DNA of 64,000 nt from Mustelus asterias (GCF_964213995.1 NW_027590151.1:310001-374000); one strand, 5' to 3'; numbered from the stretch's first letter, positions 50,207 to 63,314 are shown. The notes: a model not told the origin generated them from the letters alone. Translations and numbers: made by a program.

Positions 50207-50306
50207 CGTCCGGTGACTGAAGACAGTCACCACCTTCCAAGACCCATCTGAAAATCTCCATTCTCCCGATAGTGACAGCCCTCTCAGTCAGACCAGTACA
50301 AGAGTG
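50207..50306 (-). pseudogene. NAR-TCR J segment 2 with degenerate 23-RSS
   Basis: DGSWKVVTV aligns to SGSGTVVNV of J1, and the downstream flank is homologous to 29690-29760. RSS GATAGTG-23-ACAAGAGTG at 50268-50306; splice donor lost. Confidence 0.7.
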
Positions 50307-50635
50307 ACTGACACCTCAAACCAACAGCCAGCATTACCGGACACTCGGCGTTTCTCAATTATTCAGAGGATTTGCATAAATAATGAACACTGATTGCTTA
50401 AAAAAGCTAATTGAATCAAACTGCTTTATGACTCTCTGAGCACCTGGGAAAATGGCCCAGGAACATGAGCAGAGATGAAGGATTCTTATCAACGGAGAAA
50501 CACCTTAAAGAATTATAACTGATAGGAGGAAATTATAATGAAATTAAACTAGATTGAAATGGGAATAACATCAACCCGACAGATCAAGTTACCGATCCTG
50601 GAAATTGCTGGGAATTACTGCTTCGATTGACCTGA

Positions 50636-51127
50636 GGGATTTGTCCTTCTCTTTTCCATTGTGGTGTCCCATGTGTGTAGTACCAGTGCTGAGCTTTACA
50701 GTAATAGGTGGCGGTGTCTTCAACTCTCACATCCCGAATTTCCAGAGAAAATATCTTTTCTGCTTTATCCAACGACACAACAAATCTCCCTCCGCTGGGC
50801 ATCCGCTCCCGCTATGGCCCGGTCCGGAATTGTCTGAAGAAATGTCCATTTTCTAAATCATAAACACCATAGAAAAGACAGGCAATGGCGCGAGCTTGAC
50901 ACTCATTCCGGGTCACCGCTGCCGGGCTGCGTGTCACTAACTGACTGAAAGATCCTGGAAATTAAACACAGAGAATTTAAAGGACCATCAGAGCCGAACC
51001 ACACAACGGGGCTAAAATCCCAGGCATTGTCTGTAATTGGGATAGACTGGGGCAGCTTTATATTCAATTCACGCAATGTGGGTTCGTTTGATCAGACACA
51101 CAGCGTGACAACATGGAGGATTCCCAT
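50636..51127 (-). pseudogene. NAR-TCR V segment 2 pseudogene with 10-nt extension and 12-RSS
   Basis: Paralogue of V1 (RNECQ..C..FFRQ..SGGRF..YYCKA). The leader splice donor is deleted and there is an in-frame TAG. RSS CACAATG-12-ACAAATCCC at 50663-50636. Confidence 0.88.
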
Positions 51128-52948
51128 CGCTCTGCTGCCTGGCGCTGATGGTTTATATGCCGTGGAGCTGAAGACTGCAGAGTTGGACTGCACTGGGAGA
51201 CTGGATCTCAGAGATAAATTGAAATACTTCAGACTCGAATATCGGTAAATTAGGCCACGCCCACCGTTTAAAACGAAACTCAAGTATTTAAATGGGGAAC
51301 CCAGCTGTGAATTTTCGGTCGAAACTCCTGGCAGCGAGAACCCAGAATCGCAGCAGGCGACTAAAAGTTGTGGATGCCATTCTCTACTTGGTGTCGAGCA
51401 GATAATTTATTGTTATTCATTCAGGGGATGTGGGCTTCGCTGGCGATGCCAGCAGACGTTGCCAATCTCTAATTGCCTTTGATAAGGTGGTGGTGAACTG
51501 CCTTCTTGAAACTTTGCAGTCGCTGCAACGACTGTAAACCTACAGCGCTGCTAGGGAGGGAATTCCAGAACATTTACCAAGGGACCGTGAAGGAATCTAG
51601 TACATTTCCAAGTCTGGATAGTGGTAATGTTCCGATGTGTCCTTCGAGATTGTACCGGCTAAGGAGGCTTGGTGAGTTCCTGCAGTGCATCGTGTATATG
51701 GTGCACATGGCTGCATTGGTCGAGGAGGGAATTAATGTTTGGGCCTATTAAAACAGATTTCAAACAATCGACAAGCAAAGCGAAATGAATGCTTTCCGAG
51801 GGGTACATGCCATTATGCCGCGACGGAAGAACAATCTCTATCTTGTTTATCCCTGTATCCTAATCAAACAGGGGACCACGATGAAACAATAATTTAGAAA
51901 GAGCCGAGTGAATTCATCAATGACACAACGACTACTGAATAAATAGCAGAGCTTTAAAACCACCAGAATCAGTGCCTAACGTAATATCCAAGGATAATCT
52001 GGCTAACACAATAGAAATGTGGTCCAGAGAAAAATAAACTTGAAAGAAACGATTGGAATAATCAAGAAGGCTGGGGCTGGAATAAAAATATCTGATAATT
52101 TCCATATGTTCTTCAGTCTGAATTTTTGACAGCTCCCACGTGATGCGCATTGGGCATTTTCATGATGTTTCCAGTGCTGTGTGAATGTGTTTGTGAGAAT
52201 GCATGTTCTGTGGTGTGGATGGTCGGTGGCGTCTGTCGGCATCATTTGTACTATGTGGGAATGACTTACATTTTGTGAGGAACTTATATGTTGCACGGGA
52301 CTCCTACTTCTGTCACGTGAGTCCATTCGACAGCATTTGACTATCACTGTCATTTCGATACTAAAACAGAAAATGCTGGAAAATCTCAGCAGGTCTGACA
52401 GCATCTGCAGAGAGAGAATAGAGCCAACGTTTCGAGTCTGAATGACCCTTTGTCAGAGCGCTTCGCTCCACAGATGCTCTCAGACCTGCTGGGATTTTCC
52501 AGCATTTTCTGTTTTTGTTTCAGATTCCAGCATCCATAGTATTTTTTTATCTTACTATCTTTCCGATTCTCATCTGTTCTAATATCACTGAGCTATGCTG
52601 CCTGCTGCCTCGTGGCTATAATATTTCTTAGCTGTATCATAATAGTGAACATGTCACATGATAAGCATGCCTTACATTTGCCCAAGTATTAACTAATTAA
52701 ATTTAAAATTACCCAGGCTGCACGAGATATAAAGATTAGATCGTTGCCTCCCTGAAGCAGGGAGGCAACATTCTAACTCCTCCCAGAATGAACATGGAAA
52801 GTGGCTGCTGAATCTGTTTGTCCAAGTAAGTGTAAATAATTGTGGAAATTAATTGCCTCCTTGTAGAATTCCAACAATATTAATGTGGGCATCTTTGACA
52901 TTGTCACAGAGAATCTTTGTTTTCAGCTATCATTGTTTCTCATACAGA

Positions 52949-55071
52949 ATGCACGGCGAATATCTGGTGCAGTTTATGCCATTTACTATCGAATTCTTGC
53001 TGCCATTGGAGTTCCGGGTAAGTCATGATGTTAAACCAGACGCATCATTGAGTCATGAAGTTACCGCAGGTCATGGTGATAAAGAACATGACGTACTTGT
53101 TTCCAGGTATCTTCTAAACCATTATTCGCTCAGTCGTATCCTATCTTTACATCATTTTCATCATTTAAATATGTCTTTTATTTGAACTCAAGCATTACTC
53201 ATTACGTTTCTGACACACTCAATACTCTGTGGCTGTTCTTGCCAGCTTGTGCATACCGAGGTGAGGTTGTTCATGTCTTTGTAACCTATAATTCCCGGTC
53301 ATTCAGCTAGAGGGGGCAACGTGAGAAAATACTTCCAGCAATGAAATATTTGGGCATGATTCCAAAATCAGCGAGCACAACCTCCCAGTATTTACTCTGT
53401 CAAGCCTCCTGAGAAATTTGTTTGTTTCAACAAGATCGCCTTTACTCTTCGAAACTCCAGACAATATATATCCTTTTTTCACTTCTCATTATGGAACAAT
53501 TAATGTCATTGCTCAACAGATTGGAAATGTAGTTTCCAAGCAACCGGGATTTCTGATATAAACACATTCGATGCTCGTTAAATTGTGTTAACTTGACACA
53601 TCCTACTTACTGAAAATATTCCCATGGAATCCTAACAAGTCAGACTGATCCGTATCACATTATACCGTTTAACAACACAGATGTAGCTAATAAGTCAACC
53701 ATGTTTACAGGCTATTCTGCTTATCTGTTACATGGTCCAAAGCTTGGATGCCAAATTTTATATGCAACCTGGAAATCTTCAGCCTTCGGTCCTAAACTTT
53801 GCAATACCCGCCGAGTACTGCATTGCTGTTCTTCCTCGCTCTGCTCGTTACATGTTTTCTTTAAGTATATCACATTGTCAAGTTATTCAGCGTTTAAGTT
53901 AATATCGCCTCATGTTGTTAGATGTCAAATTTTGCTGCATTACTTTCCTGTGAAGTGGCTTGAGACATCTTTAGCGTTAAATTGTCGACATAAATGCAGT
54001 CTGCCCTTGTAGCTCTTTATGAAATACAATTAACCTTGGAAAGCAAAGAATGGCTGTCTCAAGATAAACTAGCAAAAGTGTCACAAATAAAACCGCCACA
54101 CCCATGTGTCTGCTTGGAATTTGTTGAATAACTTTACAACTTTAATTTTGCTTTTGCTCTCAGTTAACTTGGTGGCGATCGTGATCCTCTCCCGAGCAAG
54201 GTGTGGTCTTTCCAAATGCATCATTCTATATCTGCTTTCCATGGCAGTGAAATATATCCTTGTCGTTGTCACTGGTGTGAAATTCAACCGGATTATTGGC
54301 ATTTATTTTCCAGTAAGTTTTATGCCGTTCACTCCAGCCTGTACTCTGAGTACTCTGATAATCTATGCAGCCAGTGAGAGTGCTGGTTAACCGTCGTTTT
54401 CATCTCTGATCCTTATGTAGCCGTTGGCTGCCAGAAACTGCAAACAAACTATTGCACTGAGAAACCAAAAGCTGTGGTGATAGGAATGGTCTGTTTGTTG
54501 AGTTGCTTAAAAATATATATTTCCTGGTAGTTTTCGTTTAAACTGGTCTAAATAACGAACAATGTGCCATGGTTTTGCAACATAAAATCAACTTTCTACA
54601 CTTCTTTTTTCGTGGACAGCCTCAAACTAGTTTGCACGTATATAAAATCCCATTCTGCCATTCCTTCTGATTTTGTTGTTTAATGCACTGACCGTCAGGC
54701 ACATCCTGGCGGCCAGTGGATCCTGCCGTCGGCTCTGGGCTCAGAGCAGTGCAGAGGATCAGAGTGACTCAGAAATGAAGAACACGCAAAAGTCTGTTGT
54801 TTTACTCTTCGCCATCTCGGGAATTTTTATTCTGTTGTAGATGACATACGTTGTGGATTTTCTCTATGTGAAAATTACAAATGAAACTTATTTCGGAGGA
54901 TTCAATTTCAATGACCCCAAATCCATTCGCCAAGAAAGTGGAAACGTGCTTCAATTGCTGAGCTGTTGCACTAACACGTGTATTTATGCAGTGACGCAGA
55001 GGAAATTCAGAGAGGAGTTGAAAAATGCAGCAACATATACTGGCAGTCTCATTGTAAAGATAGTAAAGTAA
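52949..55071 (+). pseudogene. GPR139/GPR142-like class A GPCR pseudogene (exon 1 52949-53017, exon 2 54164-55071)
   Basis: AIYYRILAAIGVP|VNLVAIVILSRARCGLSKCI..., ending LLSCCTNTCIYAVTQRKFREEL; multiple stops and frameshifts. Confidence 0.8.
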
Positions 55072-56409
55072 GAATTCCAAAGGATTTGGTTTAAATTACT
55101 AATCGAAATGTATCTTTTCATTACTGAATTTATCGCCTTGACATGTGGGGTGAAATTGATCTGAGGTAGCTCTGTAAGAAGACCACCACGAGTTTCCCTT
55201 CTATTCCATTGTAGTGTCAGTTGAGGAAAGTTGAATCAGATGTAAAGAAGGCAGTTACTTTCTGGTCACTAGCCTGGTGTGACCAGTCCCTTCTATTATG
55301 TCTTCATCCTTCCTGAGAGATTTCCTCTTAAGAACATAAGAAACTGGAGAAGAGAGGCTGTTCAGCTCCTCCGATCAGTGCTGTCATTTAATATGTTCGA
55401 CGCCAATACTCTTTTTGAAACAATAAATCTTCTCTGTCCCTTTCTCCTTTAAACCACTCAGTGCCGCAAAATCCATCAACATCAACCTGGAATATGTTCA
55501 ACAATTGAAAAACCACAGCGATCGCACAAATAAATCCAAAATTCGCAACTATTTGAGCGCAGCCATTTCTCATCATCCCAGCCCTTCTTCATTAATCTGA
55601 AACTCTGATTCTTAGTTTCACACCATCAGGATGGAGAAATAGCTTATGAGTATCCACGCTGTCAACTTCAAACTGAAGTTGAAACCCGTCACTGAAATCT
55701 TCACATGATCTGAAATGCCGACATACACTGGAATATAGATGAATGAAAGACGATCATTTGGAAACATAACCTTTTCTCAGCGGGTTTGAGAACATAGATG
55801 TGGAGATTAGAGAAAAGAAAACTCGTGGCACAATTTCAGAATAAGGGGCCACCAATTTAGCAGAGATGAGGAGGAATTTCTTCACTCAGATGTTTTTTTT
55901 TTGTCCTTCAACATATTGAAGGCTGAGTTGGACATATTTCACAGTTATTGGGAACTATCTGGCCAGTGAGTATAGGGAAATTGTTATTGCAAGGAGCTAG
56001 CATGGAATGGAAGGGCCGAAATCCTGAATGTGCTGTAATGATTCTATGATTGTATCCCATGTGGAAGGAGGTGGGCGAAGTAGAAAATCTCAGCAATAGT
56101 GATCATAGTACCAGAAATTGATGAAACCAATTGAAAGGTTGATGGGATATATGAAATAAAAACTGGAGGAGAAATCGTGTCACCGATTTGAGGCGAAATA
56201 TTGATCCAGTAAACTGCAGTCGAATACAGTTAGGCACTAATGTATTGGATCAGTGGGTGGTGGTTAAGAGAAAATAGTTTTGTTACAGTTGCAAAGCAGG
56301 AGAGCAAGCCGTTGAACACGACTTAAGTCCAGCTGAGACAAGAACAGAGTGAAAATCGAGAAGCAGAACTATAGAAAACGGTACACAGAAAGAATAGAAA
56401 AATAAAGAG

Positions 56410-56461
56410 ACACACACACACGCACAACACACACACACATACATACACACACACACACACA
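56410..56461. repeat. (CA)n microsatellite, interrupted
   Basis: Direct reading. Confidence 0.9.
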
Positions 56462-56849
56462 TTAATCCAGCTCAGTTTCGTTCAATGCCAACCCAGAGGA
56501 CGATAATACTCGGAGATAATTGATACCATTGCATATCAACGGGAGATGAGACCGAGTGCAATGCGACTGATGGGGGTGATCAACGCTGGAGTGTGAGGAA
56601 AAAACACTGAGAGTGAGGGCGCGAGAGAGAGATTGACAAACACAACAGACAGGCCTACGGGAACCACATAGAGAGATCAGCAGAATGAGTCTGAGCAGGT
56701 GGAGAAACGCTAACTGACGAGATACTGAACCAGATATAGACACTTTAACTGGTTGAATGTATTTAATCGAATGTACATCACATTGCTGCTGCGGTTGCAA
56801 AATATCACAACTTGTGTGGAGTCAGAACGTCATGTGAGAAAGACGGGGC

Positions 56850-57230
56850 ACTTTTTGTACGGGTGTCTACTTTAGTGACCCGTACAAAAAGTGCCCCGTC
56901 TTTCTAACATGATAACGCTGTGTGTCCGAGTACATAGTAATACACCGCACTATCAGAGCACTGCGCATAGTGAGTGGTTAAAGGAACAGTTCTTGCTGCT
57001 TTATCGAAGGTGCCATAGAGCAGCCGCTTCCCAAAGGCAGTCACATTTTTTCCCGTACTCTTTTTTTTCCCAATGGATATTGAGAGCGTTTCTCTGGGTG
57101 CTGAATATACCAGAAGACAGCAGGATAAGTATAGTGATGTCGAATAATTGCAGTTTAACTTCACACTGTCTCCGTAAGTCACTCTGACACTCGGTGGATC
57201 CTGAAACACTGCCTCCATTTCCTCACTGGC
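56850..57230 (-). pseudogene. TCR V pseudogene with disrupted RSS
   Basis: VFQDPPSVRVTYGDSVKLNCNYS; WYIQHP lies in a shifted frame; DSAVYYY (second Cys lost); heptamer CACAGCG at 56922-56916. Confidence 0.8.
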
Positions 57231-57415
57231 CTGAATAAGAAGAATGAATATCGATGTCAAACAGAGAAAATGGTGTATGATATCAGAATACAGAACACAG
57301 CATCAGCCCGGGTTCAGGCCTTAGTAATAGCTTCATAAATCCTGCATCATCCACCCTCCGCCTTAACAATCGAACCAAATGAGCCAACACCTGAAATGTG
57401 AACTTGAATGTAGAC

Positions 57416-59010
57416 CTAGAACATAGAAAGCCACAGCACAAACAGGCCCTTCGGCCCACAAGTTGCGCCGATCACATCCCCACCTCTAGGCCTATCTATA
57501 GCCCTCAATCCCATTAAATCCCATGTACTCATCCAGAAGTCTCTTAAAAGACCCCAACGAGTTTGCCTCCACCACCACCGACGTCAGCCGATTCCACTCA
57601 CCCACCACCCTCTGAGTGAAAAACTTACCCCTGACATCTCCTCTGTACCTACCCCCCAGCACCTTAAACCTGTGTCCTCTCGTAGCAACCATTTCAGCCC
57701 TTGGAAATAGCCTCTGAGAGTCTACCCTATCCAGACCTCTCAACATCTTGTAAACCTCTATCAGGTCACCTCTCATCCTTCGTCTCTCCAGGGAGAAGAG
57801 ACCAAGCTCCCTCAACCTATCCTCATAAGGCATGCCCCCCAATCCAGGCAACATCCTTGTAAATCTCCTCTGCACCCTTTCAATGGCTTCAACATCTTTC
57901 CTGTAATGAGGTGACCAGAACTGCGCGCAGTACTCCAAGTGGGGTCTAACCAGGGTCCTATAAAGCTGCAGCATTATCTCCCGACTCCTAAACTCAATCC
58001 CTCGATTAATGAAGGCCAGTACGCCGTACGCCTTCTTGACCGCATCCTCCACCTGCGAGGCCGATTTAAGAGTCCTATGGACCCGGACCCCAAGGTCCTT
58101 CTGATCCTCTAAACTGCTAAGAATGGTACCCTTCATATTATACTGCTGCTTCATCCCATTGGATCTGCCAAAATGGATCACCACACACTTATCCGGGTTG
58201 AAGTCCATCTGCCACTTCTCCGCCCAGTCTTGCATTCTATCTATGTCTCGCTGCAACTTCTGACATCCCTCCAAACTATCCACAACACCACCTACCTTGG
58301 TGTCGTCAGCAAACTTACCAACCCATCCCTCCACTTCCTCATCCAGGTCATTTATGAAAATGACAAACAGCAAGGGTCCTAGAACAGATCCCTGGGGCAC
58401 TCCACTGGTCACTGACCTCCATGCAGAGAAAGACCCCTCCACAGCCACTCTCTGCCTTCTGCAGGCAAGCCAGTTCTGGATCCACAAGGCAACAGCCCCT
58501 TGGATCCCATGCCCTCTCACTTTCTCAAGAAGTCTTGCATGGGGGACCTTATCGAACGCCTTGCTGAAGTCCATATAGACCACATCCACCGCTCTTCCTT
58601 CGTCAATGTGTTTGGTCACATTTTCAAAGAACTCAACCAGGCTCGTAAGGCACGACCTGCCCTTGACAAAGCCGTGCTGACTACTTTTGATCATACTAAA
58701 CTTCTCTAGATGATCATAAATCCTGTCTCTCAGGATCCTCTCCATCAACTTACCAACCACTGAGGTTAGACTCACCGGTCGGTAATTTCCCGGGCTGTCC
58801 CTGTTCCCTTTCTTGAATATAGGGACCACATCTGCAATCCTCCAATCCTCCGGAACCTCTCCCGTCTCCATCGACGATGCAAAGATCATCGCCAAAGGGT
58901 CCGCAATCTCCTCCCTCGCCTCCCACAGTAACCTGGGGTACATCCCATCCGGTCCCGGCGACTTACCAACCTTGATGCCATTCAATAGTTCCAACACATC
59001 CTCTTTCTTT
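57416..59010 (-). mobile_element. Young 5'-truncated CR1 with open RT ORF, upstream of the V pseudogene exon
   Basis: Uninterrupted 516-aa ORF with all RT motifs. Confidence 0.95.
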
Positions 59011-61221
59011 ATACCTGTGCGACCGGTGAGCGGAACTGGCAACGGAGATGACAGAATGACAGGTTTTCTGACATATGTAACTTTCCATTATCCCTCCAAT
59101 CTATACCACTGAAATAGATTACCTGATCATCACTTTGTTCTTTCTGGAGTTTGATGCGCGCCAATTGACTGCCACGTCTTCTATATTAAGTCAGTGATGA
59201 AAATTCGAAGACTTCTTTGGCTGCAAATCTCTTTGTGAAGTTCTGATGTCGTGAGCGGCGGTATATAAATGGAAGTCTTTCTTTATTGTCGTGGAGAGAT
59301 AGAGTGCGAATCAAAATCAGAAGACGGGATGGAAATGTTTACACGGAGTGCAGTTTTAACCGTTACATCGAACTCAATATCGAGTTTCTTTCTCGGTATC
59401 TTTCTGACTCTGTATATCTTCGTGTCACTCTATAGCTCATCGCCTCGACAATCCTATCTCTGAATTTATTGTGTCCCTCACCATGTCTCTGTACCAGGAA
59501 GGCAGGTAGTGGAAGAAATATGCAGACAAATTACGCAATAATAGTAATGGAGATTTTTACTGTCTCGTATTAATTCCATGGAAGACGTCAGTAAAGAGGG
59601 TCAGGGAATAGCTTCCTACGATTGGTTTCAGATGCTTTTATAATCCGAAATGTTAGGATAAAAAGCAAGGACAAAGGGAGATTTGCTGTTATATCTTGTA
59701 GTCGGGAAGAAAGCAGATCAGATCAGGGAAATAACTGGAGGGGAACATCCAGCTATATAGATCATACTTACTCATTAAGAGGTTCGAGATGAGTAAATGT
59801 TTGACGGAAAACAACGAACCATTTGATTCAGTGACAGGTATATTGAACGATACGCAGTGAACCAGAATGTTTGAGTGATTCACGTAGATGACTGAAAATT
59901 CAAAAAAGAAATTCTCACGTACATTGCTGGGAGTAAGCTTACCAGTGCTGCTCCAATTACGTTTGCCTAATGAATATGGAGGTTCGGGAATGCAGTTGAT
60001 GAAATGATCAACAGATCCATACAGTGCAGAAGGAAGCCATCAGACCCTTCGCGTCTGCACGGACTTTCTGAGAGAGCATATTTCCCAGCTCCTCACCCCT
60101 GCTCTATCAGCATAACCCCACAGATTTGTCCTGGCTAATTATTCTAACCCACATACTTCTGAGCAAATTAGCATACTAAATGCACCTAACCTGCATATCA
60201 TTGGACTGTCGGAGGAAAAGGGGCACCCCACACAGACACTGGGAACATCTGCAAACTCCACGCAGCCTGGAACTGAACACGGATTCCTGGAACTATGAGC
60301 CAGCAGTTGTAACCACTGTACCACTTAATGACAGCCAAGCACGCACGGTGGGTTGAATGACCCATCGCACGATCTGCAAATGTTATGGGTTTACAGAATT
60401 CCCTTGGTGGTTTACACACTTCCCTGTGCGGATGTGAGCAGTGAAGGTAAGGTGGCGCTGCTCCATTGGATGACTGTCGATAAAACGCGAAATGCAGCCA
60501 TGATCTGCTCCGCTACTTTTGCTTTCAGCGTCTTTGCCCGGGTGCAGACAGCAGCGGAATCAATCGCTTCAGCAATTGCCGATGGCAAGAAGTGGCGCTG
60601 GTCAACAAGAAAGCATCACTGCTTAAATCTGATGACCATTTTCCATTTCCAACCAATCCAAGAGCAGGGAACACACGTGACCTTAAATCTCTGTCGCTAA
60701 CTTTAGCTATCTATTTCTTATTTACACCGCCAGTCTCATGGTCTCTATAATAACGGTTTCATTAATTGAGACAAATAGAAAGGGCACATTGATTGTCAGG
60801 TAGCGATGTGAAAACTCCGCAATGATGGTCACGCCACTTGCTGGTTGTTTTGGGTAACTTTGTTTGTCAAACTCTGTCGTCACCTCTTGAATTATTTGAA
60901 TTAATTTCCAGTCATTTTACAGCGGTAAGGAGGTTTACAAAAAGGAGAAGTTGGTATAACATCAAGACAAAAGCAATGAGACAGAGTTATGAGGAAAGTC
61001 ACATGAGACACAAAACTAACCAGAAAACGCGATTCTTCACAGCTTTCATTTATTCGCGGGGAATATCCATCAATTCCGGCAGATTAGCCAATCCTTTCTC
61101 TGGGAAACACCTCTCAGTTTCTCAAAAATTAAACCAGATTACATCTCGGGCTACCTTTTACTCTAGTTTGGAATTATCGGCAGAATTAGAGCATTCTGTT
61201 ACCTTCTATCGAGATCTACAG

Positions 61222-61700
61222 ACGGAAACCATTTGTTCTCCATGCTACTTACTGATAATAATGATCTTGCTGCCCGGCGAGTCCATGATTAAATGGTAAC
61301 CATGTCATCCAGTGGTTATTTTTAAACCCTGACTTTCGAGCCAATCTGTATTTGTGTGACATGAATGAGTGACAAAACTTCAGTGTTCGAGGCTCATTTC
61401 GAATTAACAATTCGGGAAGGACAGTGTGGACTGGACTGTTGTTACTTGATAACCTGCACTACCCCAACTCTACTCTGGTACATGCAGTATTCTGGGGAAG
61501 CTCCGAGATATTTGCTGAAGAAATATAGCTTAGGGGGTGAAGAAAGGTCCCCAAACCGAGGTTCTCTGCAGATTTGCAGAAGGGAAACAAAACAGTTCCT
61601 TTATATCTCGCGGGGGCTCTTCTGTCGGATACTGCCGCGTATTTCCGTGCGATGGAGCACACACTGATACAGAGATAGAGCGGATCCAGTCCGAAACCCC
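61222..61700 (+). pseudogene. TCR V pseudogene with decayed leader and RSS
   Basis: Leader-like CYLLIIMILLP with gcgagt donor (61222-61276); LLWYMQYSGEAPRYLL, frameshifts, SDTAAYFRAMEH; heptamer CACACTG at 61660. Confidence 0.8.
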
Positions 61701-62816
61701 CCAGAATGGGAGTTCCAGTTGGTGGCCAGAAGGTGGCGCTGTCGCACCGGTAAATCGGGGCAAGTATTAAACCCAGTGAGAGTCACAGGAATCTTCCGAA
61801 AAGAACAAAATATAACCCCCCATAAGAAGAGGTGAGGAACATTTACCGAATTGTATTTGTTGATTTTATCGCGTTCATAATAAAACTTGCCTTTATAAAT
61901 CTATTTCGTTCACTTAGTGTTTTGAGGCTGTTTCCATGCCTGTCTGTAACATTAAACAACCCTTCTTCATCTCCCCTTTGAGATTTCTGGAGCCTTTGAC
62001 CCGAGACCAGTTCTCTGGTTTTATTTGATCAGACTGTGTTGTTGTGTCAGAGACAGCTTATGAAAAATGAACAGATTTCAGAACTCATTGACTTTGATCA
62101 TTCAATTGAATTTTACAATGTTTCCCTAACAGTATTCAAATAATCATGTGATTTACAGAAACAAGGAGTAGCGAGAAACAGATGAACAAGCCAGATATGA
62201 TAAGAAGTTTAATGCTACCCTGGTATTAGGTGGAGACAGTCATGGAGATGTGGAAATTGGCTGCTCGGATTTGTTTGAGAAACCAAAGTCACAACCTTAT
62301 GAAATGTGTTAAGGGTGTGCAAACTGTCTCGAATGCAGCTATGAACAGCTCACCCTCAAAGGCCCCCAGAAACCGAAAAGGGAGAAGAAGCGAGTGGTGT
62401 TCAATATGGTAAGCAGGCACGGAAAAGGAAGGAAAGGACAATTAGAGACTTCGGGATCAGGGGACGTCACACAAACATGGGGAACTGTACGTCTGCTGTC
62501 TGTGTGGCCCTTCACGGCCAAGTTTGACGGATGTTTGGGATTTTATCACCCAGGTCTGATTATACAGAGTTGATTATTAGCAGAAGGGACGATTTAATTG
62601 ACACATTCATTATGTGATGGACTTGTCGGCCTCAAACGATTCTGCAGTTTGTTTTCTCGGCCTCTCCTGGAAACAGTTGGGTGACAGTTGATCCGAGGTG
62701 AATATGGTTTCCTGTCGGTTTGTGTTTGAGCGGCTGACAGCGCCGCTGCTCATTGTGGCTGCATCTGCCAGAGGTTCTACACAGTAGAGCGGAACTCTCA
62801 CTAACATTGATGAGAC

Positions 62817-62855
62817 AGTTTTTGTATCGGAGTCAGACTGCTTTCCATCACTGTG
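62817..62855 (-). other. 23-RSS
   Basis: CACAGTG-23-ACAAAAACT. Confidence 0.93.
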
Positions 62856-63314
62856 AGTCTGAAAGCGCAGTAATACACGGCAGCGTCAGACAACTGCAGA
62901 TCCGAGATAGTCAAACTGATGGATTTATTCGGGATTTGGTGGTCAGTCGAGAAACGGATTTCAGCAAAATCTGCTTTGTATTCATTACCCCCCGAGTACT
63001 TCTCCAGTATGAACTCGGGCTGGGAGTCTGGGTGCTGTCGATACCAGTATAAATAATAGTTGATTTCTGCAGTATCATAGTTGCAGTTTAATGTCATCAC
63101 GTCTCCTTCTGTCTTAACATCTGAGGACAGCGGCTGAGTGACAGAATCTCCATGGGTCAGACCTGGAAAATATGTTCAAATAGATAAAGAATAGAGTGAC
63201 GTGTACTCAACAGTAAGATTCAACCCAAGTTTTGGAAATGAGAAAACAAACGTGACGTCCAAAAATACCTGTGAGAAATGCCCCCCACACAATCCAAATG
63301 ACGAGTATCTTCAT
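62856..63314 (-). CDS. Conventional TCR alpha/delta V segment, intact (leader 63314-63269, V exon 63162-62856)
   Basis: MKILVIWIVWGAFLT|GLTHGDSVTQ..LNC..WYRQHP..DAAVYYCAFRL; canonical splice sites. Confidence 0.93.

Noticed and set aside
50370-50377. Octamer ATTTGCAT between V2-D and J2
   Set aside because: About two such 8-mers are expected by chance in 64 kb, and others occur in unrelated sequence (13902, 35024).
59012-59074. Possible leader exon of the 57-kb V pseudogene at the CR1 5' junction
   Set aside because: A donor-like ACAG|gtata is present, but the ATG frame is not hydrophobic; too decayed to call.
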